From Nitrososphaeria archaeon (GTDB lineage: Archaea; Thermoproteota; Nitrososphaeria; JACIWG01), in contig CAVVXT010000007.1 in assembly GCA_963752255.1 (NCBI GenBank), positions 47,930-111,929 of the forward strand: a DNA stretch of 64,000 nucleotides, written 5' to 3'. A program made the position numbers and the translations under genes. Positions 49,120-62,615 of this stretch are shown one piece after another. Each line of letters opens with the position of its first letter. Position 1 is the first letter of the stretch. The notes under the pieces are model-generated. The model did no database searches. It worked only from the letters and a program-made list of their open reading frames with translations, and was not told where the DNA came from.

Positions 49120-49962
49120 TTACGCATTTAAACTCTTTAGTATTGAGGTGGCGTAGAAGACGTTTTCTATGCTTGATATCCCTAGAATGGGGGTTCTCCT
49201 GAACCCTCCGTCTTTGTTTATACAGTTTAGCACGAATCTTATATGCTCTCCCCCAAACTTTACTCTTTCTGTTAACACTTCCAATGATTTCACTCCATAG
49301 TATGTATATTCCATATATGGCAGGATATTCTCTGGCCTTGTAACGAATCCTCCATCTGGCCGCTCACATTTTCTTATGTAATCTAGCGATCCTTTCCTGT
49401 TTATCATTTCCATTCTGTTAAGGCATTTCAAAGTGCAAAGAGCATTATAGGTTGAGGTGATCGTACTGTGCCCTATCCAGCCGAAGCCTCCATCCACGTT
49501 TTGATGATTAACTATTTCTTTTATAACCTTTAAATCAAATTCGATTGAGTCAATTACAGAAAGTTCTGATACAAAATTTATCTTCTTGAACTCCTGTTCA
49601 AATTCATAGACCCGCCTCTTCTTAGGGAATGTCATGTTTTTCTTAATCAAGTCAAGATTTTTGGAGACAATTTCCTTTGCCTGCTCATTTTTTTCTAAAA
49701 TCTGCAGGCTTTTTATACAATTGTAAAGCGAATACACGCTGTCAATCTTTTGGCTGGTTAACCATTCAGCACACCTGTTTCTATTCTCGAATTCAACACC
49801 TATATCAGCTAAAATCGATAGCGCACAGTATGTTGCGGTTGAGTTAGGGTAATCTACAGGAGACATCATAAAACCTCCGCTCTCATCATAACGTTCTAAG
49901 ACGAATTCTCCTATCTTTGGCCAAATTTCAGTTAAGGTCACCTGTATTCCCCTCTGGGGCAT
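49120..49962 (-). CDS. Prenyltransferase/squalene-cyclase repeat protein
   Basis: Repeated (Q/N)..DGGF....T(Y/F).A...L motifs. Confidence 0.8.
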   Translation of the reverse strand: MPQRGIQVTLTEIWPKIGEFVLERYDESGGFMMSPVDYPNSTATYCALSILADIGVEFENRNRCAEWLTSQKIDSVYSLYNCIKSLQILEKNEQAKEIVSKNLDLIKKNMTFPKKRRVYEFEQEFKKINFVSELSVIDSIEFDLKVIKEIVNHQNVDGGFGWIGHSTITSTYNALCTLKCLNRMEMINRKGSLDYIRKCERPDGGFVTRPENILPYMEYTYYGVKSLEVLTERVKFGGEHIRFVLNCINKDGGFRRTPILGISSIENVFYATSILKSLNA

Positions 49963-50041
49963 AATCCCTAGACTTTCCTAATACTTTTAAGTTTTGGACA
50001 GCTTCCATAAATTGAGGTTTTATTATAATAGAAGCGAGCAA

Positions 50042-50082
50042 ATAGATTCATTATATAAGTCGTTTATAGATTCATTTATAAA
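50042..50082 (+). promoter_or_regulatory. Direct repeat atagattcatt x2 (24-bp period) overlapping the TATA box of the ECF S-component gene
   Basis: 50042-50052 and 50066-50076 are identical; TTTATAAA at 50075-50082, ATG at 50106. Confidence 0.5.
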
Positions 50083-50105
50083 ATCTTTCTGAATACTCTT
50101 TACAT

Positions 50106-50690
50106 ATGAATGGAACGGTGGCTCAGACGAATAAGATGAAAGGAGCCGTTAAGACAAGAAACCTTGCCCTAATAGTTGTGTTCTCGGCTTTGATAGCCGT
50201 CTCCACAATACTTGTCATACCACTCCCTGCTCCCATAGCGGAGATAACGTGGTCTCCACCGATCTACTTTGCATTGAGCGTTCTGGCTGGGCCTTGGCCT
50301 GCATTCTTTTCAACGGCTTTAGGTTCATTTATTGGGGAATTCTACAACGTTTCTTATAGGGGCTTCCCTTTTATATATGCACCAGGATTGGTGTGGGCAA
50401 GAGCGCCCGAAGCGCTCATCATAGGATGGGCGAGAAAAAAGAAGGGGGCAACACTTGCGATGGTGATGGGGATCGCAACTGTGTTTGAGACACTTGCCTT
50501 TCTGATTCCCGATTGGCTCTTCTATACCTATGGGCTTTTTGGATATAGTCATCCGATGAGCCTGACCGCTGGCTTTTACGCTGCCTTACCTGATGTTCTC
50601 ACGATGGTTGATATTATATACATCCCCATATCGTTTGCCATAATCAGGTTCGCCAAGCCTGTTTTCCAGAGTATAGGATTCGCAAAATAG
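50106..50690 (+). CDS. ECF transporter S component
   Basis: TRNLALIVVFSAL, GP..A....LGS, 5-6 TM segments. Confidence 0.75.
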   Translation: MNGTVAQTNKMKGAVKTRNLALIVVFSALIAVSTILVIPLPAPIAEITWSPPIYFALSVLAGPWPAFFSTALGSFIGEFYNVSYRGFPFIYAPGLVWARAPEALIIGWARKKKGATLAMVMGIATVFETLAFLIPDWLFYTYGLFGYSHPMSLTAGFYAALPDVLTMVDIIYIPISFAIIRFAKPVFQSIGFAK

Positions 50691-50990
50691 GATTTAGTTT
50701 GTTTGACTAAAAGGTAAACTTGATTTCTTTTGATACGGTTTCCTCCAAAAAAAGTCTCTATTACTTTACCTATTTCACACTTGGCAACCAGACAGCCAGT
50801 AGACATGGACTTAACAAGGCTCGCAACATTTTCCTATTACCATTTAACAAAGGAAAAATGCAAAGGAGAAATTTGAATGGTAAAAATAAAAGGATACAAT
50901 CAGTCGCTCATACAGATTACTTTAAAATAACGACCAAGTAGTCAAACTGTTATGGGAAACCGTTTAAGAAACCGAGGTTATGTTTAAGCA

Positions 50991-51992
50991 ATGGGAAAAC
51001 TGACCAATGAAGAATTGAGAAAGCTTCTGAGCTGTATAAAGAAAGATCGTAGAGTAATCGTACCGCCTTCACCTGGATTTGATTCGGGTGTACACGAATT
51101 ACAGGGAAAGTACTTAGTTATTTCAACCGACCCTTGCATCAATGTCCCACTAAAATGGTTCGGATGGTTACTCATACACTATGCTGCCTCAGACGTAGCA
51201 CTCTTTGGAGCGAAACCAGAATTCTGTACCATTAACCTTTTGGGTCCACCATCTACAAAACCCAAAACCTTCCAAAAGATCATGCAGCAGACCTGCCTTG
51301 CTATTGATGAACTTCAAATGACTATTGTAACAGGGCACACCGGAACCTACACAGGGCTCTCAACCCCTATAGGGGTCTGCACAGCCTACGGAACAGTTGA
51401 AAGAAACAAGCTTATAACACCGAGTGGCGCTGAACCTGGAGACTACATTTATTGTATAAAACCATTAGGCCTAGAGATTGTCGTCAACTTTGCTTTAACC
51501 CATAGGCACAGAGCAAAAGGTATTTTCGGAGTTCAAAAAACGCGAGAGTTGGAAAAACTTGTGCCGATGCAGAGTTGCGTGAGAGAAGCTTTGCTACTCA
51601 CCGGAATTGGTGGCGTTCACGCTATGCATGATGCTACTGAAGAAGGATTAACAACTGCTTTGAATGAGATGGCCGAAGCTTCCAAAGCCGGTTTTAGAAT
51701 AGACTTTGGGAGAATTCCAATCTGCAAAGAGGTGCAAACACTGCAGAAACAATTCAAACTATCAGATGAACAATTGTTATCCATGTCGTCCACAGGAACA
51801 ATCCTAGCTAGTGTTGGTCCGAAAGAAAAAGAGAAAGTCGAAACAATCATGCGTCGGAATAATATTCAAGCAAAAGTCTTAGGCGTTTTCACAAAAAGCA
51901 TGCGGCGTATTCTCGTAAAAGGAAGGGAAGAAATACCGTTTCCCATAAAAGCTGATGATCCTTATGCAAGAATTCTCTCTGAAAAGATATAG
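50991..51992 (+). CDS. AIR synthase/HypE/ThiL-like (PurM superfamily) protein
   Basis: MGKL, P.PG.D, STDP, GHT, AMHDATEEG. Confidence 0.88.
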   Translation: MGKLTNEELRKLLSCIKKDRRVIVPPSPGFDSGVHELQGKYLVISTDPCINVPLKWFGWLLIHYAASDVALFGAKPEFCTINLLGPPSTKPKTFQKIMQQTCLAIDELQMTIVTGHTGTYTGLSTPIGVCTAYGTVERNKLITPSGAEPGDYIYCIKPLGLEIVVNFALTHRHRAKGIFGVQKTRELEKLVPMQSCVREALLLTGIGGVHAMHDATEEGLTTALNEMAEASKAGFRIDFGRIPICKEVQTLQKQFKLSDEQLLSMSSTGTILASVGPKEKEKVETIMRRNNIQAKVLGVFTKSMRRILVKGREEIPFPIKADDPYARILSEKI

Positions 51993-52011
51993 ATGATCAT
52001 TTATTTTTTCC

Positions 52012-54871
<2,860 letters not shown>

Positions 54872-54885
54872 TTCAAAACAGTCTC

Positions 54886-55203
54886 CTAGTCTCCTGATGG
54901 CGACTCTTCTGAGGCAACTTCATCATTATAAACATGGGAGGTCAGAATATCGCCCACATGCTCTCTTAGCTCATCAATCGAGTAAACCGGTTTTCTGCAT
55001 GTGACACAGTAGAGCCAACCATTTTCTTTGAAGGCCGTATTCAAATCTAGTGCTTCAAAGCGTTCACATCTACCTTCTGAATATGGTACGATTTGCTCTT
55101 TACTATTGCAGTATCCGAGAAATTGGTAAGTATCATGCAAAACGTACTTCGCACATCTAGTACAGTAAAACTCTTTATCTTTAGTGCTCAAAGCTATCTG
55201 CAA
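54886..55203 (-). CDS. Cys-rich hypothetical protein heading the OFOR operon
   Basis: CxxC...C...C and CxxC...H; 14 nt upstream of the alpha subunit. Confidence 0.7.
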   Translation of the reverse strand: MQIALSTKDKEFYCTRCAKYVLHDTYQFLGYCNSKEQIVPYSEGRCERFEALDLNTAFKENGWLYCVTCRKPVYSIDELREHVGDILTSHVYNDEVASEESPSGD

Positions 55204-55518
55204 TGATTTAGTTATTATTTCCGATATAAGTTTTTTGTATTTAATAAGTAGGTAATAAGACTTTCAAATCAAAAAAGATTAGGGAAACTAATAATTCGTC
55301 ATGTAATACGCAATCATTACGTCTTCAGAGTGTTATTCTGGTTATAATCGGATTAGGAACAGTAATGATAGCCGCACTCAAGAAACTGGTGGAACCAAAA
55401 CTCAAAATCATGAGGTAAATCCACCTTCACCTTCTTTTTATTATAAGAGCAAACATTCTTGTTCTTTTTTAACCGATCTATGTCATCCATGGTTCAGTTA
55501 TCAGAGTAAGGACCAATA

Positions 55519-56142
55519 TTATGAAAAACTAGAATCTTTTAGGAGATTTGATAACTCTCTTTTAACTTGCCCCGCTGATCTAAACAAAATAGTTTGAACA
55601 CCAAATTTTCTGAAGGATTCTACATTGACGGTTGAATTGTCAACGATGATTACTTCATCTTCCTTAACGTTCAATCTCTGAAATAATATTTTCAAGAGCC
55701 TTTTATCGGGTTTCAACATAGCATGTTCAAAAGAGTAAATGTAACAATCGAACTCTTTGTCCAAATTATATTTACTGTTCAAGTATTCCACCCTTTCTTT
55801 AGTGTTGTCCGATAGGACAGCGACCTTGTAACGTTTCCTGAGTTTTCTTATCAAAGTCTTCATACCCCAATTCCTAGTGTAAGACGAATTCCATACTTCT
55901 TTTAGGTAACCGATAGTTCTATCATCCGTGTGCAGCTCTCCTTTAGTGGCCTCCCAAAACTTCTTCTCACCGATCTTTCCTAACCTATAATCTCCACCTA
56001 AACTATGTCCGCCAAAAATTGTTTCAAGTTTACTCTTTGGCACATGTAATATCTCCTCAAATTGCATCACCGCCTTGGCCGTTCCATCCGCAAAGTATAC
56101 TCCACCTAAGTCGAAGATTATCGCTTTAATTTTACTTGGCAT
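55519..56142 (-). CDS. HAD-family phosphatase
   Basis: FDLGGV, LSDN, KPD, VDN; ATG at 56142 preferred as start. Confidence 0.88.
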   Translation of the reverse strand: MPSKIKAIIFDLGGVYFADGTAKAVMQFEEILHVPKSKLETIFGGHSLGGDYRLGKIGEKKFWEATKGELHTDDRTIGYLKEVWNSSYTRNWGMKTLIRKLRKRYKVAVLSDNTKERVEYLNSKYNLDKEFDCYIYSFEHAMLKPDKRLLKILFQRLNVKEDEVIIVDNSTVNVESFRKFGVQTILFRSAGQVKRELSNLLKDSSFS

Positions 56143-56628
56143 ACCAAATACGAGCAAAAAGGTTTGGTTATAAGGATTTGGTCAAACTAGCTAAATTTCT
56201 AACAGATCCTGTAATCCTATCCTAAGCTCCTACCTTAAGTTCATTAATCCTCCAATAATATACAAAATAAAGGTAATATTTATTGAATGCAGATAAAACA
56301 AATTTATTATCTGAAAAAATAAAGATAAAACTATATAGAGCTTAATGTCACGTAGAGCTTAGTTCAATTTTAATTAGCAAAAATCATTGATAAGATCGAG
56401 ACTATAATGGAAGTGAAATCTTATTAGTGATTTCCATAGCGATTTTCTTTCAATTTTAACGGAACTAATGTTAGATCTGTCCGTTAACTTAAGATACATA
56501 ATTTGAGAATAAACCCAACAAAACTCGAGATAAACATAATCTTTTTAATATAGTCTTTTATAGCTCTTCCAGCGTCGATTTCAGTGTCGAAATTATTCGC
56601 TTTAAACCAAAAATGGGGGTGAAGAGTA

Positions 56629-56778
56629 TTGGGATATAATAGTTACAGGGGAAGACCACGCGAAATGCATAAGATAACTTGTAGTGACTGTGGAAAGGAA
56701 GCTACTGTGCCATTCAAGCCAACAGAGGGCAAGCCTGTATATTGTAATGAATGTTACCAGAAACATAGAAGATATTAG
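56629..56778 (+). CDS. CxxC-x17-CxxC zinc-ribbon small protein (absent from the ORF track)
   Basis: MGYNSYRGRPREMHKITCSDCGKEATVPFKPTEGKPVYCNECYQKHRRY*; TTG start after GGGGTGA ribosome-binding site. Confidence 0.9.
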   Translation: MGYNSYRGRPREMHKITCSDCGKEATVPFKPTEGKPVYCNECYQKHRRY

Positions 56779-56897
56779 ATTATCTCTTTGCGAGTAATCT
56801 TATCCACTTTTTATTTTTTTTGAACTAAGTAAATAATTCAACATCACGAGTACCTGCAGGTAAAAAAACTTTTATATTCACTTTAAGAATTTCTGAC

Positions 56898-57326
56898 GTG
56901 CCTGCGGTAAAAAAGATAGTTGTAGACTGGCAAAGGAACTTCAGATTTATAGGAAAGGATGAGAATAATCTCACCGTAAGCTTCGATACTTCGATAAAGA
57001 GTGGGGGAGACGGTACAGCTTTATCGCCTATGGAAACTCTGTTAGCATGTCTAGGGGCGTGCACGGGCATGGATATAGTGCTTGTGATGAAGAAAAAAAG
57101 GCAGAACCTCATCAAGTTTTCAGTCGAAATCGCTGGTCACAGACGGGGCGAAGATCCCATGATATACACCGATATCGAAATGAAGTACATCCTTACAGGG
57201 AAAGGCATAAGCAAGGAAGCGGTCGGAAGGGCCATCGAACTTTCAGAAGAGAAGTACTGTTCAGTGGGAGGAATGCTCAAAAAAGCGGCCAACATAAGGA
57301 CTACATATGAAATAGTGGAAGCATAA
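56898..57326 (+). CDS. OsmC/YhfA family protein
   Basis: SPME.LL..LG.C..MD, ELS.EKYCSV. Confidence 0.9.
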   Translation: MPAVKKIVVDWQRNFRFIGKDENNLTVSFDTSIKSGGDGTALSPMETLLACLGACTGMDIVLVMKKKRQNLIKFSVEIAGHRRGEDPMIYTDIEMKYILTGKGISKEAVGRAIELSEEKYCSVGGMLKKAANIRTTYEIVEA

Positions 57327-57347
57327 TCGCCTGTAAAGTATATGCAA

Positions 57348-57512
57348 CTATTCCTGTAAAGCGATATTGAAGTAGACGAACAAGTTGCTTTGTACAGCGT
57401 TCAACCAATCGCTTGGGTTAGCGTAATATAGCGTTACGAGCTCGAGCAGCAGAACAAAGATAATCAACACCTTCGACCAAACGCTTACTATTATCACATT
57501 CTTTGTTTTCAT
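57348..57512 (-). CDS. Small membrane protein, possibly truncated by a frameshift
   Basis: 54-aa ATG ORF after AGGTGA with a TM helix; hydrophobic continuation in another frame. Confidence 0.4.
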   Translation of the reverse strand: MKTKNVIIVSVWSKVLIIFVLLLELVTLYYANPSDWLNAVQSNLFVYFNIALQE

Positions 57513-57728
57513 TCTCAGTCACCTTGGACGACCATATAATAGAAAATCACATAGATATTTCCAGCAAAGATTCGGATCATTAAAAATTATTTAAAATAAG
57601 GGTCAACTGATTTATTGCAAATATACCTGTGTCTTTGACAATTGTATTTAAAAGAATAATAAATTGTGTATATTCGAAATAAGTACAAAAAATTTATTTA
57701 GCACATAAAATTGTGTTAATGGGCAGCA

Positions 57729-58736
57729 ATGACGTTCGTCTTAAAGTGCACTAAGGAAACCATACTGGAAAAGACAGGTAAGAAGGTGGTGATAATCGGT
57801 GCCGGGCCAGCGGGGTTAAAGGCCGCCGATGAACTTATCTGTTTAGGGCACGAAGTTCATGTCTACGATCAGATGCCCGAAGCTGGTGGGCTACTTGTCT
57901 TCGGAATTCCCGAAGACAGAATAAGAAAAGAAAGTGTGAGAGAATACGTGAAACAATTAGAGTATGCCGGTGTCATATTCAAGACTAACATAAAGGTCGG
58001 AAGGGACGTCAAATTCGTTGATCTGATAAAGGACTATGATGCAGTTTTACTGGCGACCGGTGCCTGGAGTAATCGCAGGATAAACCTGCCCGGAATGGAT
58101 CTCAAGGGCGTCTATTATGCGTTAGACCTGATAATTCACAATAATTATGAAAAGCTCGGTTACCCAGATAGCTTTCACCCACCACTGTTGACTGGAACTG
58201 TAGTCGTAATCGGGGGAGGTCTTACGGCTGTTGACGCTTGCACCTTGGCTTTAGAAAAAAAAGCCGAAAAAGTGATACTGATGTATAGGAGGACTAAGGA
58301 ATACGCGCCCGCAGGCCGAAGGATGATCGAAAAACTTCAATCCTTGGGGGTTGAATACGATGAACTATCTCAGCCGGTTGAATTCGTTGGGGATGAAAGG
58401 GACAATTTGAAGGCGGTAAAAGCTGTCAGAACACGTTTAATAGAAAATGATACAAAAGGTCGTCCTAGGTCTGTTCCCATCATAAACACTGAATATATGA
58501 TACCAGCTGACTCTGTTTTGATCGCAACGGGTTTAACTCCATCATTTCCAACTGACGCTATTGATGTGGTAAAAGCAAGTAGCCCAGGTAGTGGAGAAAT
58601 GTTTAGGACGAATATCGCTAACGTGTTCATAGCAGGTGACGTTAAACATGGTGCGTCATTTATTTTGCCTGCCATACAAAGTGGAATCCAAGTTGCTGAA
58701 TTAATTCACGAATATCTTGTTAAACAGAAGGATTAA
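57729..58736 (+). CDS. GltD-like FAD/NAD(P)H oxidoreductase lacking the N-terminal Fe-S domain
   Basis: IGAGPAG, GGLL.FGIP..R, ATG, IGGG.TAVD, YRR, FIAGD. Confidence 0.88.
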   Translation: MTFVLKCTKETILEKTGKKVVIIGAGPAGLKAADELICLGHEVHVYDQMPEAGGLLVFGIPEDRIRKESVREYVKQLEYAGVIFKTNIKVGRDVKFVDLIKDYDAVLLATGAWSNRRINLPGMDLKGVYYALDLIIHNNYEKLGYPDSFHPPLLTGTVVVIGGGLTAVDACTLALEKKAEKVILMYRRTKEYAPAGRRMIEKLQSLGVEYDELSQPVEFVGDERDNLKAVKAVRTRLIENDTKGRPRSVPIINTEYMIPADSVLIATGLTPSFPTDAIDVVKASSPGSGEMFRTNIANVFIAGDVKHGASFILPAIQSGIQVAELIHEYLVKQKD

Positions 58737-58745
58737 TAATAGTTA

Positions 58746-59699
58746 TTATTCCATCCTTAACGCTTTAACTGTTTTGATTGCCCACCTTGGGTTTTTTATA
58801 AGCTCCCTTCCTATCGCTACAAGGTCAACGGCTCCCTCTTCTATAATCTTATCAGCGTACTTTGCATCTTTAATGTTCCCAACTCCTATAACAGGAACTT
58901 TAACAGCCTTTTTGATCTTCTGGGCCTGCGGAACAAAATAGCCTGGAACACTTTGTAACTCTGAAGGACGATCGCCACATAAGCCCCCAGATACATCAAT
59001 TATGTCTACTCCCAAGTCCTCCAGCCTTCCAGCTAGCTTAACAGAATCTTCGATTTTCGTGCCATTTGTGTTCAAGTCATCAGCACCTATACGATAAAGC
59101 AGAAGCTTTTTACCGACTTTCTCTTTAACCCTCTCAACAACCTCTAATGGAAATTTCATCCTGTTTTCCAAAGACCCTCCATATTTGTCATTCCGTCTGT
59201 TACTTAGAGGTGAAAAGAACTGGTTCACTAAGAAGCCGTGTGCACCATGGACTTCAACGCCATCAAATCCGGCATTAACTGCTTTCTTAGTAGCATATGC
59301 AAAATCATCAAGCAGAGACTCTATTTCATTAACTTCGAGTGCTGAAAGAGCAACTGGTTGAAGTGCACCAGTACCAACGTAAGCTTTTGCGCCGGCATCC
59401 ATTTGTATAATTACTGGTGTACCCTTCCCATGTATGGCTTCAGAAAGCCTATGTAGACCTGGGACTAAGTTTTCATCGTATATTCCCAGCTGTTTTTGGC
59501 TTAAGTTACCACCCTTGGACACATATGAGGCTTCGACTATCAGTAGACCCAGCATTTCGGCACGTCTGATATAGTGTTCAATTAACTTGTCAGTTACAGT
59601 TCCATCGGTAGTAGCTAGATTGGTAAGCATAGGAGGCATAACGATTCGATTCGATAAAATATACTCTCCAACTTCTAAAGGATCAAGAAGGCCGACCAT
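58746..59699 (-). CDS. NADH:flavin oxidoreductase (Old Yellow Enzyme family)
   Basis: NRIVMPPM, AGFDGVEVHGAHG, N.R.D.YGGSLENR, DLVAIGR. Confidence 0.9.
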   Translation of the reverse strand: MVGLLDPLEVGEYILSNRIVMPPMLTNLATTDGTVTDKLIEHYIRRAEMLGLLIVEASYVSKGGNLSQKQLGIYDENLVPGLHRLSEAIHGKGTPVIIQMDAGAKAYVGTGALQPVALSALEVNEIESLLDDFAYATKKAVNAGFDGVEVHGAHGFLVNQFFSPLSNRRNDKYGGSLENRMKFPLEVVERVKEKVGKKLLLYRIGADDLNTNGTKIEDSVKLAGRLEDLGVDIIDVSGGLCGDRPSELQSVPGYFVPQAQKIKKAVKVPVIGVGNIKDAKYADKIIEEGAVDLVAIGRELIKNPRWAIKTVKALRME

Positions 59700-60096
59700 C
59701 AAGTAGGACCTCTAACAGATAGCAACAGTGTCATCCAATTTAAGCTTTTCACAAAAAGGTGGGAGAATATAGGTTTTGGAAAGTGGATAGGAGGTTCAAA
59801 TCTTAATAATCATTTAAGTAAAAGTAATCTATTTATTTATAATGGTTAACTCTTTTTGCTTAACCTTTTGTTGTTCACTCATATTTAGCAACCTCTTTTT
59901 CTCTGGGTTCGAAGTCTGGATATGGTTTAGAAGTTGGTATGATCACTAGATCAGGGTGCTTGGTGCAACCATTATTTTTATAGAACTTGCAATCAGAACA
60001 AGCTTTATCGGTGTTGGGTAAAAAGCTTGGTTCCAATCTAGGAACTTAAAAAACTTAAATCACTTAGTTATTGACAGATCCTTAAGATATTAAAAC

Positions 60097-60882
60097 TTGA
60101 AAATTAAAAAATTGATAACCAACATTATTATTGCAATAATCTTACTCGTTATATTATTTCCTATTATTTGGATATTACTTTGTTCTTTCAAATCGGATGT
60201 AGATATTATTACTCTCAAATTTTTCTTCACACCGACCATAGTCAATTATCTTAGTGTTTTTTCGACAGGGCGACTCCTTACCGGTTTAAAAAATAGTCTA
60301 ATTGTTACTGGAGGTGCATTACTTATAGGATTTGTTGTTGGTGTCCCTTTAGCATATATCTTTGCTCGTTTCGAGTTCTCGAATAAAAATGTCTTGCAAT
60401 TTTTTATTGTTACTCTAAGATTCATGCCTCCTGTTACAGTCATTATTCCTTTCCTGGCTATCTGGTTAGCAGCAGGTCTATATGATACACAGATTGCGCT
60501 TATTATTACATATTCAATAACAACCTCATGCACAATGATCTGGTTATGCATCGAATGCTTTACCTCAGTACCTATCATTTGTGAAGAATCTGCCGCAGTA
60601 GACGGCTGTGATCCGTTCCAAGTTTTTTATAAAATTGCCTTGCCTCTTGCCATCCCAAGTGTACTTGCGATGCTTATTTTCACTTTTCTTTTAGTATGGA
60701 ATGAATTCTTCCTAGCATTTGTTCTTACTGTCTCCAAAGCGTTTACTATGCCAGTAGCAATCGCAGCGGCAATTGGTTCGTGGGGGCAGGTTTCCGCTAT
60801 GGTTATCCTGTTTTCACTTCCACCATTACTATTAACATGGATTCTTTTAAGATACCTGCCAAGTTACTATAAAATGAAATAA
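60097..60882 (+). CDS. Carbohydrate ABC transporter permease (MalG-like), orphan
   Basis: FP..W...SFK, EESAAVDG EAA loop, WNEF. Confidence 0.88.
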   Translation: MKIKKLITNIIIAIILLVILFPIIWILLCSFKSDVDIITLKFFFTPTIVNYLSVFSTGRLLTGLKNSLIVTGGALLIGFVVGVPLAYIFARFEFSNKNVLQFFIVTLRFMPPVTVIIPFLAIWLAAGLYDTQIALIITYSITTSCTMIWLCIECFTSVPIICEESAAVDGCDPFQVFYKIALPLAIPSVLAMLIFTFLLVWNEFFLAFVLTVSKAFTMPVAIAAAIGSWGQVSAMVILFSLPPLLLTWILLRYLPSYYKMK

Positions 60883-61041
60883 TCGAAACCTCAAACAATT
60901 TCTATAATTAAAAAAGCAATAATACTTGAAAATTAAAATATGGATTAAAAGTTTCAAGAATATAGATAGTTGCTGTTCATTCGCAAACGAGTAGGCAACT
61001 ATAAGTAAATATATATAAATTTGTTAGATATATTCAGAAAT

Positions 61042-61355
61042 ATGTCAGAAGTTCAAGATAACTATATTGTAATAAGCTCCACTTTCCAAATATATTTGAA
61101 AAAATTTTCTTCCTTTTATCTGGAGTTATAATAAGTGTTCCTTTCACTTTTTTTGTTGGGACATTAACTAACCAGTACTTAATAAATTTGAATACTTCAC
61201 AATTCTATATTAATATACTTTCTCTATCAATATCAACGCCTTTTATTGAGGAATTTGCAAAGGTCTACCCTCTATTCTATCGCCATGGAGAAACTGAAAG
61301 ATCGATTTTTATCTTAGGTTTTCTAGTAGGATTAACTTTAAACTATTACATGTAA
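61042..61355 (+). pseudogene. PrsW-family intramembrane metalloprotease remnant
   Basis: EKIFFLLSGVIISVPF and PFIEEFAKVYPLFYRHGETERS..LGFLVGL across frameshifts; ends before the His motifs. Confidence 0.7.
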
Positions 61356-61567
61356 TATAATAGCTAAATTTTCAAAAAAATAGAGCAAGTACGGCCCATA
61401 GTACCATATGAGAATGAATTTGCATGCTTTGAATTCGAGGAATTCATCAATAAAGTAGCTGTCAATACTATTTATTAGAATAGACCACCACATTTAAAGT
61501 TCAGAGATGAGCGTCCAAATCCTTGGTTCATCATTTCTTAGAGGAATCTAATCGTAAGGCCTTGTGT

Positions 61568-62170
61568 TCACGTGCTTTTGCTCTTTCTCAGGCTATCGGT
61601 CGCGGCTATAGTCTTCACCATCATCTTTCCCATATACCTTGCACCTTCTACGCCCTCTTTATCTTTGGCGACTTCCCCCTTCTTATTACCTATGGCGAAC
61701 GCCCTTCCACCGCTTGGGATTATCATCCTGACTGCTGTTACGAACATGATCATCTGGTCACAGGTTCTTACTGCACCAGAGCGACGGGCGACAGCGATGA
61801 CACCACCAACCTTCCCTGCGAAGTCCTTTTTTTCCCGTGCTAGGGCGAGGTAGCCTATTCTATCTATGAATGTCTTCATCTGCGCCGTCACACCCTGAAA
61901 GTAGGAGGGGCTGCCAAGAATGAAGCCATCCGCCTTGAGAATCTCCTGGTAGAGCTTCTCGCCGTCATCATCGATAACACATTCCTTAGTGTTAAAGCAA
62001 GTCCTGCATGCGTTACATGGCAGGAGATTGTAGTCGGAGATGCGTATTAACTTAACATCTGCACCCTCCTCCTTTGCAGCAGTCAAAGCCTCCTGCAATA
62101 TCATGTCGGTATTACCCCCAACCCTAGGGCTTCCACTTATCCCTACAATGAGCATTTCTATCTCTTCCAT
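61568..62170 (-). CDS. Flavodoxin-like iron-sulfur flavoprotein
   Basis: GSPRVGGNT, CxxCxxC....C, GSPSYF, KTFIDR. Confidence 0.92.
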   Translation of the reverse strand: MEEIEMLIVGISGSPRVGGNTDMILQEALTAAKEEGADVKLIRISDYNLLPCNACRTCFNTKECVIDDDGEKLYQEILKADGFILGSPSYFQGVTAQMKTFIDRIGYLALAREKKDFAGKVGGVIAVARRSGAVRTCDQMIMFVTAVRMIIPSGGRAFAIGNKKGEVAKDKEGVEGARYMGKMMVKTIAATDSLRKSKST

Positions 62171-62303
62171 ACCAAATTTCTAACTCATATATCTACTCTT
62201 ATTTATCTCCCTTTCAGAGAATTAACAGAAAATTCAATTTAATAAGAAAAAACAAGCTAAACAGTCTTTAACATATTCTACAAAACAATTACAAAAAGTT
62301 GAT

Positions 62304-62551
62304 ATGGGCCAAACATTGTTTGACAAAAAATTGAAAAAAGAACAGAAAGAATCGAGAAAACTTAATTTTTAATATTTGGCATTTTATTGGCATTGGCTTT
62401 TCAAATAATACATGAATTATTTATAACAAATATGAAAGTAACTTTTCACTTAAATGATTCAAATATGGTTGATGTTCTGGCTACAGAAGGTTTAGTTTTG
62501 TTAATAATCATTTGGGTTTATGCAAAATATGCTATACTAAAAAGAAATTAA
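62304..62551 (+). pseudogene. Small two-TM protein with a frameshift in a T-run
   Basis: MGQTLFDKKLKKEQKESRKLNF* continues as FLIFGILLALAFQ...LVLLIIIWVYAKYAILKRN* after a shift near 62366-62370. Confidence 0.45.
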
Positions 62552-62615
62552 GACACAACTTTTTACAAAATATTATAGTAAATGTTTATTAAAAGGCTTC
62601 AATAATTCGGGTTAA

